A DNA stretch of 64,000 bases from positions 20,613 through 84,612 of the forward strand of contig DXJV01000025.1 in assembly GCA_019056785.1 (NCBI GenBank), written 5' to 3'. The translations under genes were made by a program, and so were the position numbers. Below, piece after piece: positions 1 through 10,402 of this stretch. Each line of letters starts with the position of its first letter. The stretch's first letter is position 1. The notes under the pieces were generated by a model. That model saw nothing but the letters and a program-made list of their open reading frames with translations, did not search any database and had not been told where the DNA came from. This stretch comes from Candidatus Heimdallarchaeota archaeon. Its GTDB lineage: Archaea > Asgardarchaeota > Heimdallarchaeia > JABLTI01.

Positions 1-723
1 TTCTTGAATGATTTCTTTCTGTTTTACAAGTGAGAGAATGCCCAAAACTAACGAGAAGACAAAATGAATTAAAAGAATCGAGGGAGTTATTACCACTGCT
101 GACCGGTAGAGGAAAAAGAATAGATAGGCAGAAAGTAACAACAGGCCACCAATAACAACAAATTCCCATTGTGTAGCGAAAATTTGGGTAAAAGCAGTAA
201 TAAAGACCAGCCAGAAGGCAGTTAGCTGTAGACGCATGGGCGCTTCAGAGGAAAGCGCATAAATATTCTGAGGGTCCGATGAAAAATTCGCAATAAAATA
301 GAGAAAAATAGGGAGTAATAAACTCAAACCGATAATGATCATAAACATTGGCGTTACATTTGATGCGAAAAGCGTGAAAAAAATTTGTGTTATACCAAGT
401 AAAACGATTTCAATGAAAACCATGAAAAAGGAAGTAAAGCCCAGAATGCGAATAGCTCGTTCAGATTGGAAAAACCTCTGTAATGAAGCGTTAATAAATG
501 GAAAGGAAGAAAGGAACAAGAGAAAACTTGAAGTCGCCACCAGGAAACTCGAGATTGCCAATAGCCAACCAAAAACGGTCAAATAACCTGGTAGTGCACT
601 AGGGGGTGAAATTTGATAATAAGGTAAAACCAAAAATAAAACAAAGAGAGCCAATTCTAGGATAAGAATAAACGGAAAGAAGAGTCTTCGAAACCATTGC
701 AATGAAACTAATTGTTTTACCAA
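1..723 (-). CDS. Multi-pass membrane protein, 3' end runs off the window
   Basis: Not in the ORF track. Manual translation from TTG at 723 (MVKQLVSLQWFRRLFFPFILILELALFVLFLVLP...) stays open to position 1 and has many hydrophobic segments. GGAG-like RBS upstream. Confidence 0.8.
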   Translation of the reverse strand, partial: MVKQLVSLQWFRRLFFPFILILELALFVLFLVLPYYQISPPSALPGYLTVFGWLLAISSFLVATSSFLLFLSSFPFINASLQRFFQSERAIRILGFTSFFMVFIEIVLLGITQIFFTLFASNVTPMFMIIIGLSLLLPIFLYFIANFSSDPQNIYALSSEAPMRLQLTAFWLVFITAFTQIFATQWEFVVIGGLLLLSAYLFFFLYRSAVVITPSILLIHFVFSLVLGILSLVKQKEIIQE

Positions 724-1168
724 AGAAATTCAACTCCAATTGTACCTTTAAAGAAATTATTTTCCATTAAAGAGTTTTTGCCCATTTTCTGTGTTTTTTT
801 TAGCCGTTTTAAAAGAAAAAGGAGAGTATTTTATTAGGATTTAAACTAAATTCCTGTTAGAAAATTTCTTTATTGGGAATCAAAAAAATGCTTCGAAAAA
901 AGTGCAAAATTTTTTTCTAAGGCATTCAAAAAAGACTTTTTCCTTACAAAGTAACCATGGAAAAAGCTTGGAAAAGAAGATATAACGAGACAGAGTTTAT
1001 AATATAAAGCATAGAAAATGAACGAAATACGAAAACGAGGGCACAGAAAAGACATTTTTTAAAAATGAGAGATTAAACCACTCATTTTAGGCGTTTTCAG
1101 CCAAAGCTGAAAAGCCTTTTGTTAAAGGAAACGAAGAAATGTAACAAGAAGATCACTGAGGAAGAAAA

Positions 1169-2272
1169 ATGACTGAAAAAAAATTCAATTACTCACCGGA
1201 AAGTTTCCCAGAAAATCGCTTGCCGGTTGGGATTGATTTCTCAAAAATGGACATTATCAACCTCCCCACAACCAGAGGAACAGAAGGAGAACTGAGAAAA
1301 GAAATCAAAGCAGAATTAGTGAAATTTTCAAGAACTGATAAGATAAAGAGACCTGCAAAAAGTACAATGGCGATAGGGTCCTTTGTCACAAGAGAACAGC
1401 TGCAAGCAATTTTACGAAAAGACAGAAGGGATCGAAGCTATTTCAAAATGCTTGATTATTGTAGAAAATACGACAAACAAACAACAGAGCTTTGCGCGGA
1501 TTTTGACTTACTCCGGGACTTTTTCCCATCCGACCTTTTAACAGAAGTAGAACAATATTGCTTGAAAATTATTTCGAAAATTGAACAAAAAGTAAAAGAA
1601 CAAGGAAATTTAAAGCTAACCCCAAGAAAAAGGAGGGGATTTGTCCTTGCAATCCTACGCTCGCATTGTCGTCGAAATGGCCGAAAGTTCCCGAAGGAGC
1701 TTCTCGAAGAGATTAATGATCGATTCAATTACACAAAACGCATTAAACCTTTTGAAATCTGTAAAGCGGAGAAGGAATTGATAGATTGGAACTTCCTAGC
1801 AAAAACAGCCGGGAGAGAAACAGAGGATATTCGAATTTTTTATCTAAACGTTATCAATAGCATTAATCGACTTAAGAGGAACCCTACAATTGCCAAAAGT
1901 AAAGAAAAAAGCAACATAGTTTCTCAAACACAAAAATACATAAACAATTTTGCAACCAACAAGGAACAACGAAAGGCATTAGTAAAAGTCATAAAACATC
2001 AAGACAAGGATTTCATTGCACGGTTGATAATCTGGACAATTGCAAAGCATTTTGCAAAGAAAGAATACAATCTCATTTACCGCGAACCAGAGAAAGAACC
2101 AGGTTGGAAAGAACTTTTCCTTGTCGAGAACCTACAAGGGCAAATGTCCGAAGAAATTCCGATTCGTTCTTTCAAGTTCATTTTCTGGGCGAGCTTCCAT
2201 CTAAGAAAGAAACTCCGAGAAATCGGTCTGTTCCCAGAAGAAGAAACTGAAGAAAACGAAAAAACAAATTAA
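1169..2272 (+). CDS. Hypothetical protein, possibly a divergent TFB/TFIIB-like cyclin-fold protein
   Basis: 367-aa ORF with GAGGA RBS. The segment KLTPRKRRGFVLAILRSHCRRNG...PKELLEEIN...IKPFEICKAEKEL resembles a TFIIB cyclin repeat. No Zn ribbon. Confidence 0.45.
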   Translation: MTEKKFNYSPESFPENRLPVGIDFSKMDIINLPTTRGTEGELRKEIKAELVKFSRTDKIKRPAKSTMAIGSFVTREQLQAILRKDRRDRSYFKMLDYCRKYDKQTTELCADFDLLRDFFPSDLLTEVEQYCLKIISKIEQKVKEQGNLKLTPRKRRGFVLAILRSHCRRNGRKFPKELLEEINDRFNYTKRIKPFEICKAEKELIDWNFLAKTAGRETEDIRIFYLNVINSINRLKRNPTIAKSKEKSNIVSQTQKYINNFATNKEQRKALVKVIKHQDKDFIARLIIWTIAKHFAKKEYNLIYREPEKEPGWKELFLVENLQGQMSEEIPIRSFKFIFWASFHLRKKLREIGLFPEEETEENEKTN

Positions 2273-2354
2273 TTTTTAAAAAATTAAAATTTTTTATAAA
2301 TAATGACTTGAGGAAAAGAAAGGAAAAACAATCCCAAAAAAGGGATGGCGTTTT

Positions 2355-2675
2355 CTAATGTTTCTTCTTGATAGAACGAATGAAATCTAATTTCTTTGTA
2401 GTAAGTTCTTTCTTCTCAATTGCTTCTTTGAACTTTTTGTTAAGCAAAGCAATGATTTGTCGAGCTGTTTCTTCATCTACATTGTTCTCGTTGAGGATCT
2501 TCCTAGTGTTTTCCAAAGTGTAAGTTTTCTGGTTGGAAATGCTTTTTTCCAAATTATCCAATTCTTCGTTTGAGAAAAGGCTTTTGAAAAAGAGAAGAAC
2601 GCCTCGAACGATTAGCGTTGGCTCTCCAGAAGCGGTTTGCATATATTCCTTAAAGTAATCGGTTTCTGTTGCCAT
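2355..2675 (-). CDS. Hypothetical helical protein
   Basis: 106-aa ATG ORF with plausible composition; no recognised motif. Confidence 0.65.
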   Translation of the reverse strand: MATETDYFKEYMQTASGEPTLIVRGVLLFFKSLFSNEELDNLEKSISNQKTYTLENTRKILNENNVDEETARQIIALLNKKFKEAIEKKELTTKKLDFIRSIKKKH

Positions 2676-2858
2676 CTATCTACACCATTTTATTTTTCTA
2701 CTTCCCTAAGAAAAAAGTTCTCTATTAAAAGATTTGCTTTTCATTCGAAAGAAAGTTTTTTATGGCTGATTTTAATGGGAGGAAAACCTTTTGGATTATT
2801 CGTAGAGTTTTTTTCCTAAGGAAAAATTGATATTTACTAGAAAAATGGCTAATAAAGC

Positions 2859-3881
2859 ATGGATGCTTCTAAAAACAACCCCCCTATTTGGCAGCAAGTT
2901 CTGGCAGATATAGCTCTTTTAATTGTTAATGTGATTTGGGGGAGCACGTTCATAATGGTTGATACTGCCGTAGAAACAGTTTCTGTTTTCGTTTTCCTCG
3001 CGCTGCGTTTTGGGATTGCTTTTCTCGCCCTCCTGATTTTCTTCGCCTATTTCTTGATAAAGAAGCCGCCAACAAAAGCCGATCTCTGGAGAGGAGTTCT
3101 TATTGGAGTATTTCTTTTTGGTGGATATACTTTTCAAACTTTTGGTTTACAGTGTGGGACAGGCCCCGGCAAGGCAGGTTTCATCACAGGCCTTTCAGTT
3201 GTTCTTGTGCCAATTTTTTCAGCGATCATTCTGAAAAAGAAGCCGCACTCTCTTTCATGGCTCGGAATTGCAATTGCAGTAATTGGTTTGGGACTCCTTT
3301 CATTTGACACGGGTTGGCATTTTGGCATCTCGGACATAAAAGGAGACTTCCTCGTTCTTGCTGGTGCGATCTGCTTTGCCTTTCATATTATCTCCATTGA
3401 TAGATTTATCCAAAAAAGCCTTTTTATTCCCCTAACAGTTTTCCAGGTGGGAACAACAGCAGTACTATCCTGGCTTTTAACCGTGACTTTTTGGGGGCGT
3501 TCCTTTCCAATTGTTTTCAATTCGCAAGTTCTATTCGCAGTCATCTTCACAGGCTTGGTGGCAACAGCCTTAATTTATGCTACACAAACGTTCGTCCAAA
3601 AACGAACTTCACCAACACATGTAGCAGTTATCTTTGCTACGGAACCAGTTTTTGCAGCCATTTTTGCAGTGAGTTTAACAACAGAAACATTCCTTTTAAG
3701 ACAATGGGGTGGATGTGCTCTTATTTTAGCAGCAATGCTTTTCCAACAAATTCTCGATATTTTCTATATAAAAGATGCTCGTGCGAAAAAAGAACCGTTG
3801 AAAAACTCTAACACAGAAAAAAAGGAAGAGAGTAAAACACATTCAATAGAAGAAGAGAAAACGCAAGAAAAAAGTGTCTAA
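2859..3881 (+). CDS. DMT/EamA family transporter
   Basis: IWGSTF, LRFGIA, QTFGLQ...AGFITGLSVVLVP and EPVFAAIF motifs; about 10 TM segments. Confidence 0.92.
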   Translation: MDASKNNPPIWQQVLADIALLIVNVIWGSTFIMVDTAVETVSVFVFLALRFGIAFLALLIFFAYFLIKKPPTKADLWRGVLIGVFLFGGYTFQTFGLQCGTGPGKAGFITGLSVVLVPIFSAIILKKKPHSLSWLGIAIAVIGLGLLSFDTGWHFGISDIKGDFLVLAGAICFAFHIISIDRFIQKSLFIPLTVFQVGTTAVLSWLLTVTFWGRSFPIVFNSQVLFAVIFTGLVATALIYATQTFVQKRTSPTHVAVIFATEPVFAAIFAVSLTTETFLLRQWGGCALILAAMLFQQILDIFYIKDARAKKEPLKNSNTEKKEESKTHSIEEEKTQEKSV

Positions 3882-3883
3882 AA

Positions 3884-4177
3884 TCACTTCTTTGTTCTTT
3901 TCTTTTTTGAAGAAATAGCTTTTTTTCCTCTAGAGGTCTTTTGTCGAGGTTCGCTTCTGAAAAGATAAAGGGTTTCATCCTTTTTAGCAGTAGCTTCGGC
4001 TTGACGGGTGTTCACAACAATATAAGGCGCTGAAACGGGGCCAATAATATCAACAGCTTTACCAACAGTTTTAAGCTCTTGATTTACAATGCGCGAGTTG
4101 AGCCGAATTGGTTTTGATGTTCTAACGAGAAGATCGCCTTTATTGGTGATGACAACCACTTTGCCTAGTTTTTTCAA
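3884..4177 (-). CDS. gar1: H/ACA ribonucleoprotein Gar1/Naf1 family protein
   Basis: MKKLGKV...VGKAVDIIGPVSAPYIVV signature; adjacent to srp19. Confidence 0.88.
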   Translation of the reverse strand: MKKLGKVVVITNKGDLLVRTSKPIRLNSRIVNQELKTVGKAVDIIGPVSAPYIVVNTRQAEATAKKDETLYLFRSEPRQKTSRGKKAISSKKKRTKK

Positions 4178-4239
4178 GGAGGATCACCTTTTGTGAACAC
4201 GTTTACACTCGAGTTGCTTTGAGAATGGATTTGTTGCGC

Positions 4240-4632
4240 CTAGCGAGTCTTCTGGCGATATACGCTGCCTTTTTTAGTTTTCTTCTTTGCTATTTCTTTC
4301 TTCTTGGCTGTAGGTTTTGGAAGATTGACTTTTGACAAATTTTTGGCAATTAATCGCAGCTGTTGTTCTTTCGAGCCATCTTTTGGGATAAATAATCGGC
4401 CTTTCTTATGATACCAAGTTCTTGAATAATGCTTCCCCGGATCTAATAAGACTTCAAAACCCGCCTTTTGAGCAGCCAATGCAACACGTTTTAATTCCGG
4501 ATCATCGAAGGCAAGTTTTAACGGTACACGACGTCCCATTCTCCAAGAGAGATTTTTGTCAAAATATTCTGGATAAATAACGCGGAGATCTTTTCGCTGG
4601 GTACCTTTGCCTCTTCGTGCTCTACTCGACAC
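4240..4632 (-). CDS. srp19: Signal recognition particle protein SRP19
   Basis: VIYPEYFDKNLSWRMGRRVP, KHYSRTW...GR and SKEQQLRLIA motifs. Confidence 0.93.
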   Translation of the reverse strand: MSSRARRGKGTQRKDLRVIYPEYFDKNLSWRMGRRVPLKLAFDDPELKRVALAAQKAGFEVLLDPGKHYSRTWYHKKGRLFIPKDGSKEQQLRLIAKNLSKVNLPKPTAKKKEIAKKKTKKGSVYRQKTR

Positions 4633-4866
4633 TCGTAATAACCTCGAGATAATATTCTTCTACTATATAGTTGAAACCTTACAAACAATTATATTAATTC
4701 TTGCTAATCTACTTTATTTCCAACTTTTTAAATGCTTTCAAAAGAAAGTGCAACTGAAGTTTAGTTTCTCACAATTTTTCAAAGGATTTTTTCATAAGCT
4801 TAATCCACAAATTTATGAATAAATTGACTTCCCATAGCAGATAATTTACATCTGGAGACATTAATT

Positions 4867-5268
4867 GTGCATGAATTCTCAACCGCAGTAGGAGTCGTTG
4901 AAACAGTCTTGGATGTTGCAAGACAAAACAACGCCATAAAAGTAAAAAAAATTGAATTGGTCGTTGGGGAGTTTACCATGCTTAATGATGATCAGTTAAA
5001 ATTTTCATTCGAAATCGCGAGTGAAGGGACTATTGCAGAAGGAGCAGAAGTAATCATTAAAAAGCAAAAAGGGGAGATTGAATGCTTGGATTGCCAGTAT
5101 AAGGGTGAAATCGCCGACCGAGAGAAGAAGGAAGAATTAGATCACTTTGTGGTCGATTTAGTTAACATTTTCGAGTGCCCAAAATGCCATTCGAATAGAA
5201 CTAAAATCAGCGGTGGAAGAGACATTTATGTAAACAATATTGAAATCGAACTAGAGGATGAGAGTTGA
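4867..5268 (+). CDS. hypA: Hydrogenase maturation nickel metallochaperone HypA
   Basis: MHE N-terminus, two CxxC pairs (CLDC, CPKC), C-terminal GGRDIYV. Confidence 0.93.
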   Translation: MHEFSTAVGVVETVLDVARQNNAIKVKKIELVVGEFTMLNDDQLKFSFEIASEGTIAEGAEVIIKKQKGEIECLDCQYKGEIADREKKEELDHFVVDLVNIFECPKCHSNRTKISGGRDIYVNNIEIELEDES

Positions 5269-5347
5269 GACCATTAGAAAGACAATTTGCTAGAAAGAAT
5301 TTTTATAGGAAAATTGGCAAGTGATATCCGTTGGCTCGGGATTTTCA

Positions 5348-6109
5348 ATGGCACTCAATTGGATAAATTATCTATGCTTTATTGTTGGTTATGTAAATGT
5401 AGTCAGTTTCACTGTTATAACAGCCATCGTTCTAAAACGAAACCCAAAAGAAAAACTCAATTGGATTTTCGCCCTAAGTTTTTTCTTCTTAGCAATTGCC
5501 TACGCGTTGTTGCCAACTGGAGCATTTGTCTATACTGAAACAAATCCTACAACAATGGTAAATTTGACGAGAATTTATGCCTTCTTTTTGTTCGTTGCGT
5601 TGGCTATCTTAATGTTAAGTGCCTTGGCAATAAATTATAGCACTGTCTTTATTTTGAAATGGTACATCTGGTTACCAATCGTAATTGTAATAGCAACACT
5701 TGGAGGTTTAATTTTTGCAACGGATATTATTTCAGCTGTTCCCGGTCCAAACCCTGATATAAAAACCAAACCACTTTTTATTTACAGTTATTATCCCCTT
5801 AGCTTGATCGTTGCACTTTTAATTTACATCTATTTTATTAGAGCGTATAAACTAACAACCGATGAAAATTTGAAAACAAGTTTGAAGTTCTTTTTAGCAG
5901 GCTTATCGATTTGCCTTTTCTCAATTATCCCAAACATATTGTCAAATGCTTTAGCGGATATTTGGGAAAATGCTCAAGCCTTAAATGGACTCGAGTTCAT
6001 CTTTGTGCTCATTGGAACAACAGTACTTTTAGGTGGTTTTCTATTAAAATCGAGAAGAAAAGTGATAGAATCATTTCAGCAACAACTGCAAAAAGTTACA
6101 ACAAATTAA
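5348..6109 (+). CDS. Hypothetical 7-TM membrane protein
   Basis: About 7 hydrophobic helices with KRNPKEKLNWIF after TM1. Start placed at ATG 5348; the ORF is open from 5321. Confidence 0.7.
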   Translation: MALNWINYLCFIVGYVNVVSFTVITAIVLKRNPKEKLNWIFALSFFFLAIAYALLPTGAFVYTETNPTTMVNLTRIYAFFLFVALAILMLSALAINYSTVFILKWYIWLPIVIVIATLGGLIFATDIISAVPGPNPDIKTKPLFIYSYYPLSLIVALLIYIYFIRAYKLTTDENLKTSLKFFLAGLSICLFSIIPNILSNALADIWENAQALNGLEFIFVLIGTTVLLGGFLLKSRRKVIESFQQQLQKVTTN

Positions 6110-6116
6110 AGAGAAA

Positions 6117-6976
6117 TTAAAGCCAGGATGGATCATACTTGCCAATCCATGAAATGCCAAAAGCACCAGGTCCAAGATGAGAGGCGATTGTTGGCCCGAT
6201 ATCGATAAGCAAAACTTCTTCAGGAGGATCCGACAAGCCCTTTATAAAGTCAACAAGCTCCTCTCCCAAGTGAGGGACATTTGAATGCCCAACGATTAAA
6301 GTTTCACAAAGACGATTTTCTGACGCTTTTTGAGCAATTTTTCTGAGCAATTTATGCATGTGCTCTTTCCCGCGCACGTTACCGGGAGAATGAAGTACGC
6401 CATTCGAAATCCGAAGAATTGGTTTGATTGATAGCAAGGAACCCATCAACCAAGAAATGGTGCCAATTCTCCCGCCCTTTCGGAGAAATTTTAAAGTATC
6501 AACTACACCCAGTAATTGTGAGTGGGGAATCAAAACCTCAGAGATAAATTTAACCACCTCTGTTTTGGATGCTCCCTCTTTTGCTTTTTTAGCTGCAAGA
6601 TAAACAATAACCCTGACTCAATTGTTGCAGCTTCAGTATCAATTAAAGTCAATTGGTCATTTAAAAGATTCGCCACCATTCTCGCAGTAGAATACATCGC
6701 AGAAAGCTTTTTGGAGATCGTTAAAACAATAACATCTTTTGATTCTTGAAAAGCATGTTCATAGGCAATTTTGAATTGTTTTGGTGCCGGAACACCAGTT
6801 GTAGGAACATCACCAGCTGCCAACCGTTTGTAGAATTCCGCACGAGAGAGGTCAAATTGTGAATAGATCACATCATTAAAGATTACATTTGCGGGGACAA
6901 CTTCGATATTAAGTTCATCAATTATTTCAGCACTCAAATCACAAGCAGAATCTGCAACAATTTTTACAGGAGACAT
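6117..6976 (-). pseudogene. degV: DegV/FakB fatty-acid-binding protein split by a 1-nt frameshift near 6610
   Basis: N-half has IVADSACDL, PTTG, ISKKLSAMY. C-half has DTLKFLRKGGRI, IKPIL, IGPTIASHLGPGAFG. Adding one base at GGG-TT-ATT (6613-6606) gives ESG-x-IVYLAAKKAKEGASKTEVVKFI. Confidence 0.85.
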
Positions 6977-7070
6977 TGTTATCCCTTCTTCATATTTATT
7001 ATTAAAAAAATCTCTTAATATTAGAAAACTTTTTGGATAAAAAGAAACCCTCTTTAAAAAGTTGGTAAAA

Positions 7071-8018
7071 ATGGTTGCAGTCTGGATAATTGTGTTCCTC
7101 GCTGTTGTACAGGGCATTTTGGAATGGCTACCGGTCTCAAGTGAAGGACAGTTGGTACTTATTTTAAATTGGTTAAATGAGTCGGAAAATGCACTTGCAA
7201 TAACGCTTTTCCTTCATATCGGAACTTTGATGGCAATTATCATTCGTTTTCGAAAAGATTTAGGAGTATTATTGGGAGTAAAAAGACGAGAAAAAGAGTC
7301 AGAGGAGAGTAAAGCTCCAGAAGTAGAAACAGTCAATGATGAAAAAGAGAGTGGCGAGAAAGGTCAATCAAAAGAAGAACAAAAAGCATTGTGGAAATTT
7401 TTGCTGTTAGGAACGCTTTTTACAGGCATTATAGGTGTACCGCTATATTTCCTTGTGAAATATGTTTTACAAGAAGGAGATCTACTGACATTTGCAAATG
7501 GGGCAATCACCGGAGGAGACATCATAACAATGCTAGTTGGTATTTTTTTAGTTGGCACAGGAATATTCATTTTTATTTCAAAGAGAAGAGTTTCAGCTCG
7601 ATCTTTGCTCCAGATGAAAACTTGGGAAATGATTGTTGTTGGTTTAGTGCAAGGTTTGGCAATTATCCCGGGTGTCTCAAGGTCAGGTTCGACAGTAAGT
7701 ACAATGCTTCTTGAAGGAATCCAAGAAGAAGAATCTTTGCGATTGAGCTTTTTACTGAGTATTCCAGCAGTTATTGGAGCAAATATTCTAACATTCATAA
7801 TCGATCTGGCAAAAGGGGAAATGTCATTTACTGGCATTCCAATCTATGGAATGTTTCTGGCGATCTTCATAGCAGCGATAGTTGGCTATCTAACCATTGA
7901 CATGTTTTTACGGTTTGCAAAGAAAGTGAATTTTGGATGGTTCTGTGTTGCTCTGGGGGCATTAGCACTTGTTATTACAATTATTGTTATTATTCTACGA
8001 GCAACAACAGTGATTTAG
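7071..8018 (+). CDS. uppP: Undecaprenyl-diphosphate phosphatase (BacA/UppP family)
   Basis: QGILEWLPVSSEG, LHIGTL, QGLAIIPGVSRSGST and SFLLSIPA motifs. Confidence 0.92.
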   Translation: MVAVWIIVFLAVVQGILEWLPVSSEGQLVLILNWLNESENALAITLFLHIGTLMAIIIRFRKDLGVLLGVKRREKESEESKAPEVETVNDEKESGEKGQSKEEQKALWKFLLLGTLFTGIIGVPLYFLVKYVLQEGDLLTFANGAITGGDIITMLVGIFLVGTGIFIFISKRRVSARSLLQMKTWEMIVVGLVQGLAIIPGVSRSGSTVSTMLLEGIQEEESLRLSFLLSIPAVIGANILTFIIDLAKGEMSFTGIPIYGMFLAIFIAAIVGYLTIDMFLRFAKKVNFGWFCVALGALALVITIIVIILRATTVI

Positions 8019-8027
8019 AAAACTAAT

Positions 8028-8765
8028 TTAGAGATATTTAAGAAAACCTATTGGAAGATTTGCACGTTTCCATTCGACGACTTTCCCTTCGAGACCCATA
8101 TCCATGACTTTTTTACCATCATTGCCAATTACAAGAAGAGCTGTACCTTGAATTGATTGTTGGCAGAAGAGATTGAGCCACTTATCAGTACGGCGCATGA
8201 TTTTTGAAGCTATTTCCGCCGGTGGGTTCATAGAATATCGCTCGTACATTTCATCAAAATCGGCAAAGTGAAGAATTAGAAGATCATGACGGTTTAAAGC
8301 CTTGAGAGCTTTAACATAGATATTTACATCTGTTTTTTCTGTCATCGCAACGTTCGGGAGGGTAGTGATTTTAGGGATATCCTCCTCCCGCGCAATCACT
8401 CTCACTCGCTTTCCATTTGTCACAACGGTCGAAACAAGATTAAAAGTAAGACTTTCAGTGCTGTAGAACATAGATTGTAGCATTGGACCGGAAAGGGCTT
8501 TTGCCTTTGATTCGGTTTCAATCAGTAAGAGATTTTCCAAATTTTTAATCATCCATACAGGTTGATAGGTGACAATTTCAAAAAGACTGAAATTGTCGAT
8601 AATAACAACTAACACTTGATCGACAGAGTCAGCAGGCAAGTCGAGTTTTTCAATTGACGGTAAATAAAAAGGACGACCCAACCCCAACAATTTTAGAATG
8701 ATGGAAGGGATCTGCTCTACAGAGATATTGAATGTCTTCATTCCCAAATCTTCAGCGATTTCCAT
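8028..8765 (-). CDS. Alkaline-phosphatase-superfamily-like protein, probably catalytically degenerate
   Basis: VLVVIIDN, LLILHFADFD and LLVIGNDG follow the order of the AlkP core strands but lack the His ligands. Confidence 0.5.
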   Translation of the reverse strand: MEIAEDLGMKTFNISVEQIPSIILKLLGLGRPFYLPSIEKLDLPADSVDQVLVVIIDNFSLFEIVTYQPVWMIKNLENLLLIETESKAKALSGPMLQSMFYSTESLTFNLVSTVVTNGKRVRVIAREEDIPKITTLPNVAMTEKTDVNIYVKALKALNRHDLLILHFADFDEMYERYSMNPPAEIASKIMRRTDKWLNLFCQQSIQGTALLVIGNDGKKVMDMGLEGKVVEWKRANLPIGFLKYL

Positions 8766-8961
8766 TTAAAAACTCCCAAAGTATTGTCATTATTATTGAT
8801 AATTTGAAAATCATTAATAAGTTTTTTATCTATGGCAATCATTTTTTTGGAAAATTAAAGACCTTCAATAAAATAGTGGAGAAAGAAAAGAAGAGTTAAG
8901 TAATTACGAAAGATTTTAGTTTGAGGAATAACAACACTTCAGCTATTGAGGGTTAGTCATT

Positions 8962-10395
8962 ATGCGACAAAAACAGAAAAAAAAAGAAGTGCGGAAAAAC
9001 ACCGGTGGCATTGAGGAGAAACAGGAACCAATAGAATTGCAAGAAGAAGAACACAAACAATTGAAATTGTGGGAAGTCCTAAAGCTACCATGGTATGAAG
9101 TAGTGCTTGTCATTTTGCTTGTAGGAGCAACGGTGGCAATGTTTGTTTTAGATCGGATTTTACCCGGGGGAATGCTCATAGGAGTAGTAATCACTTCTGC
9201 TCTCCTCGGTCTTTGGCTAGCGTTTCGACCCAGCGAATTTGCAGTTGATGGTCTCGACAATTTAATGAAATATGCGGGCCTAACAGCATATGTTGCAGGA
9301 GTCATATCAAGTCTGGCAAGCAACCTTCCAGAAGCCGTTGCCGCAGGCATCTTGCTTGTCAAAGGACACGCAGCAGGGCAACAAGATTTGGTAAATACAG
9401 CCTTTTATACTACTCTTTCGGCCGCTGGGTTTAATGCTATTCTATTAGCAATTGTTATTCTCGTTGGTGGAAAAAAGAAAGGCTATGTAGAAATCAAGGT
9501 TGAAACAATGCGTGCTGAAAATGTTTTACTCCGCTGGGGATTTGTTGCAACATTTCTTACCTTTGCCATTGCAATTATTGAGATTCTCTTTCAGATTTTT
9601 ACTGAAGTGAAAAATCAAACGTTCTTTGCAGGCATTGAACACATCCATGGTGAGCTTCCACGTATGGCTGCTGCGGTATTGGTCGTTGGCTATCTTGTTT
9701 ATCTTGTCTATTTAATTGTTAAAGGACGACAAGCCAAAGCACTTGACCACATCATTGAAAAGCAAACGAAACCAACAAGAGGACCACTTGATGAAAAAAT
9801 GCCCAATACAAAAGAATTGGCAGAAAAGACTGAACCAAACATTCTGAATACAGTTACTTGCGATGAAAGCGATGAAACCTATCGCCAAAGTGGAAAAGGA
9901 ATTGATAACCCATTTCTGGTTGCACCTGCCTTAGAGCGCCCTCATGTTAGTTTAGGGGCGGCAATTGTACTAGTAATTCTCGGAATCGGTGGAATTGCGG
10001 GAGGTGGTTATCTTCTTAGTCATGCAATTGAAAGTTTGTTGGAACATACCTCCATTAATATCGGCCTAGCGGCCCTTCTTGTTGGATTTTCAGGCTCAAT
10101 CCCGGAACACGGTATTGCTGTTGTTGCAGCAGCAAAAGGAAAAACAGATGTTGCATTAGGGAATATTATCGGTGGTATTTTGCAAATGACTTTATTGGTT
10201 TTCGGAGCTTTTGCAATGATTATCCCAGCTCCAATTGACTACTTCATGCTCTTCCAAATCGCAACAATTGCTGTCATAATATGGTTTGTTCTGAGAAGTA
10301 TAACAGATGACCATAGATTGACATCTTTTGAAGCGATTATGATAATGTTGGCTCAAACTTTCGGCTTCATTCTGTTGATAACTGAACTAACTTGA
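8962..10395 (+). CDS. Cation/Ca2+ antiporter (CaCA family)
   Basis: Two alpha repeats (ASNLPE; SGSIPEH...ALGNIIG) separated by a central hydrophilic loop. Confidence 0.88.
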   Translation: MRQKQKKKEVRKNTGGIEEKQEPIELQEEEHKQLKLWEVLKLPWYEVVLVILLVGATVAMFVLDRILPGGMLIGVVITSALLGLWLAFRPSEFAVDGLDNLMKYAGLTAYVAGVISSLASNLPEAVAAGILLVKGHAAGQQDLVNTAFYTTLSAAGFNAILLAIVILVGGKKKGYVEIKVETMRAENVLLRWGFVATFLTFAIAIIEILFQIFTEVKNQTFFAGIEHIHGELPRMAAAVLVVGYLVYLVYLIVKGRQAKALDHIIEKQTKPTRGPLDEKMPNTKELAEKTEPNILNTVTCDESDETYRQSGKGIDNPFLVAPALERPHVSLGAAIVLVILGIGGIAGGGYLLSHAIESLLEHTSINIGLAALLVGFSGSIPEHGIAVVAAAKGKTDVALGNIIGGILQMTLLVFGAFAMIIPAPIDYFMLFQIATIAVIIWFVLRSITDDHRLTSFEAIMIMLAQTFGFILLITELT

Positions 10396-10402
10396 AAAAG
10401 CA

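Noticed and set aside
335-1055. Short ORFs 335-586, 390-572 and 870-1055
   Set aside because: The first two overlap the longer minus-strand membrane protein (1-723); the third is AT-rich, low-complexity intergenic sequence.
6977-7117. Upstream extension of the DegV ORF
   Set aside because: It overlaps uppP and the divergent promoter region; DegV homology starts at ATG 6976.
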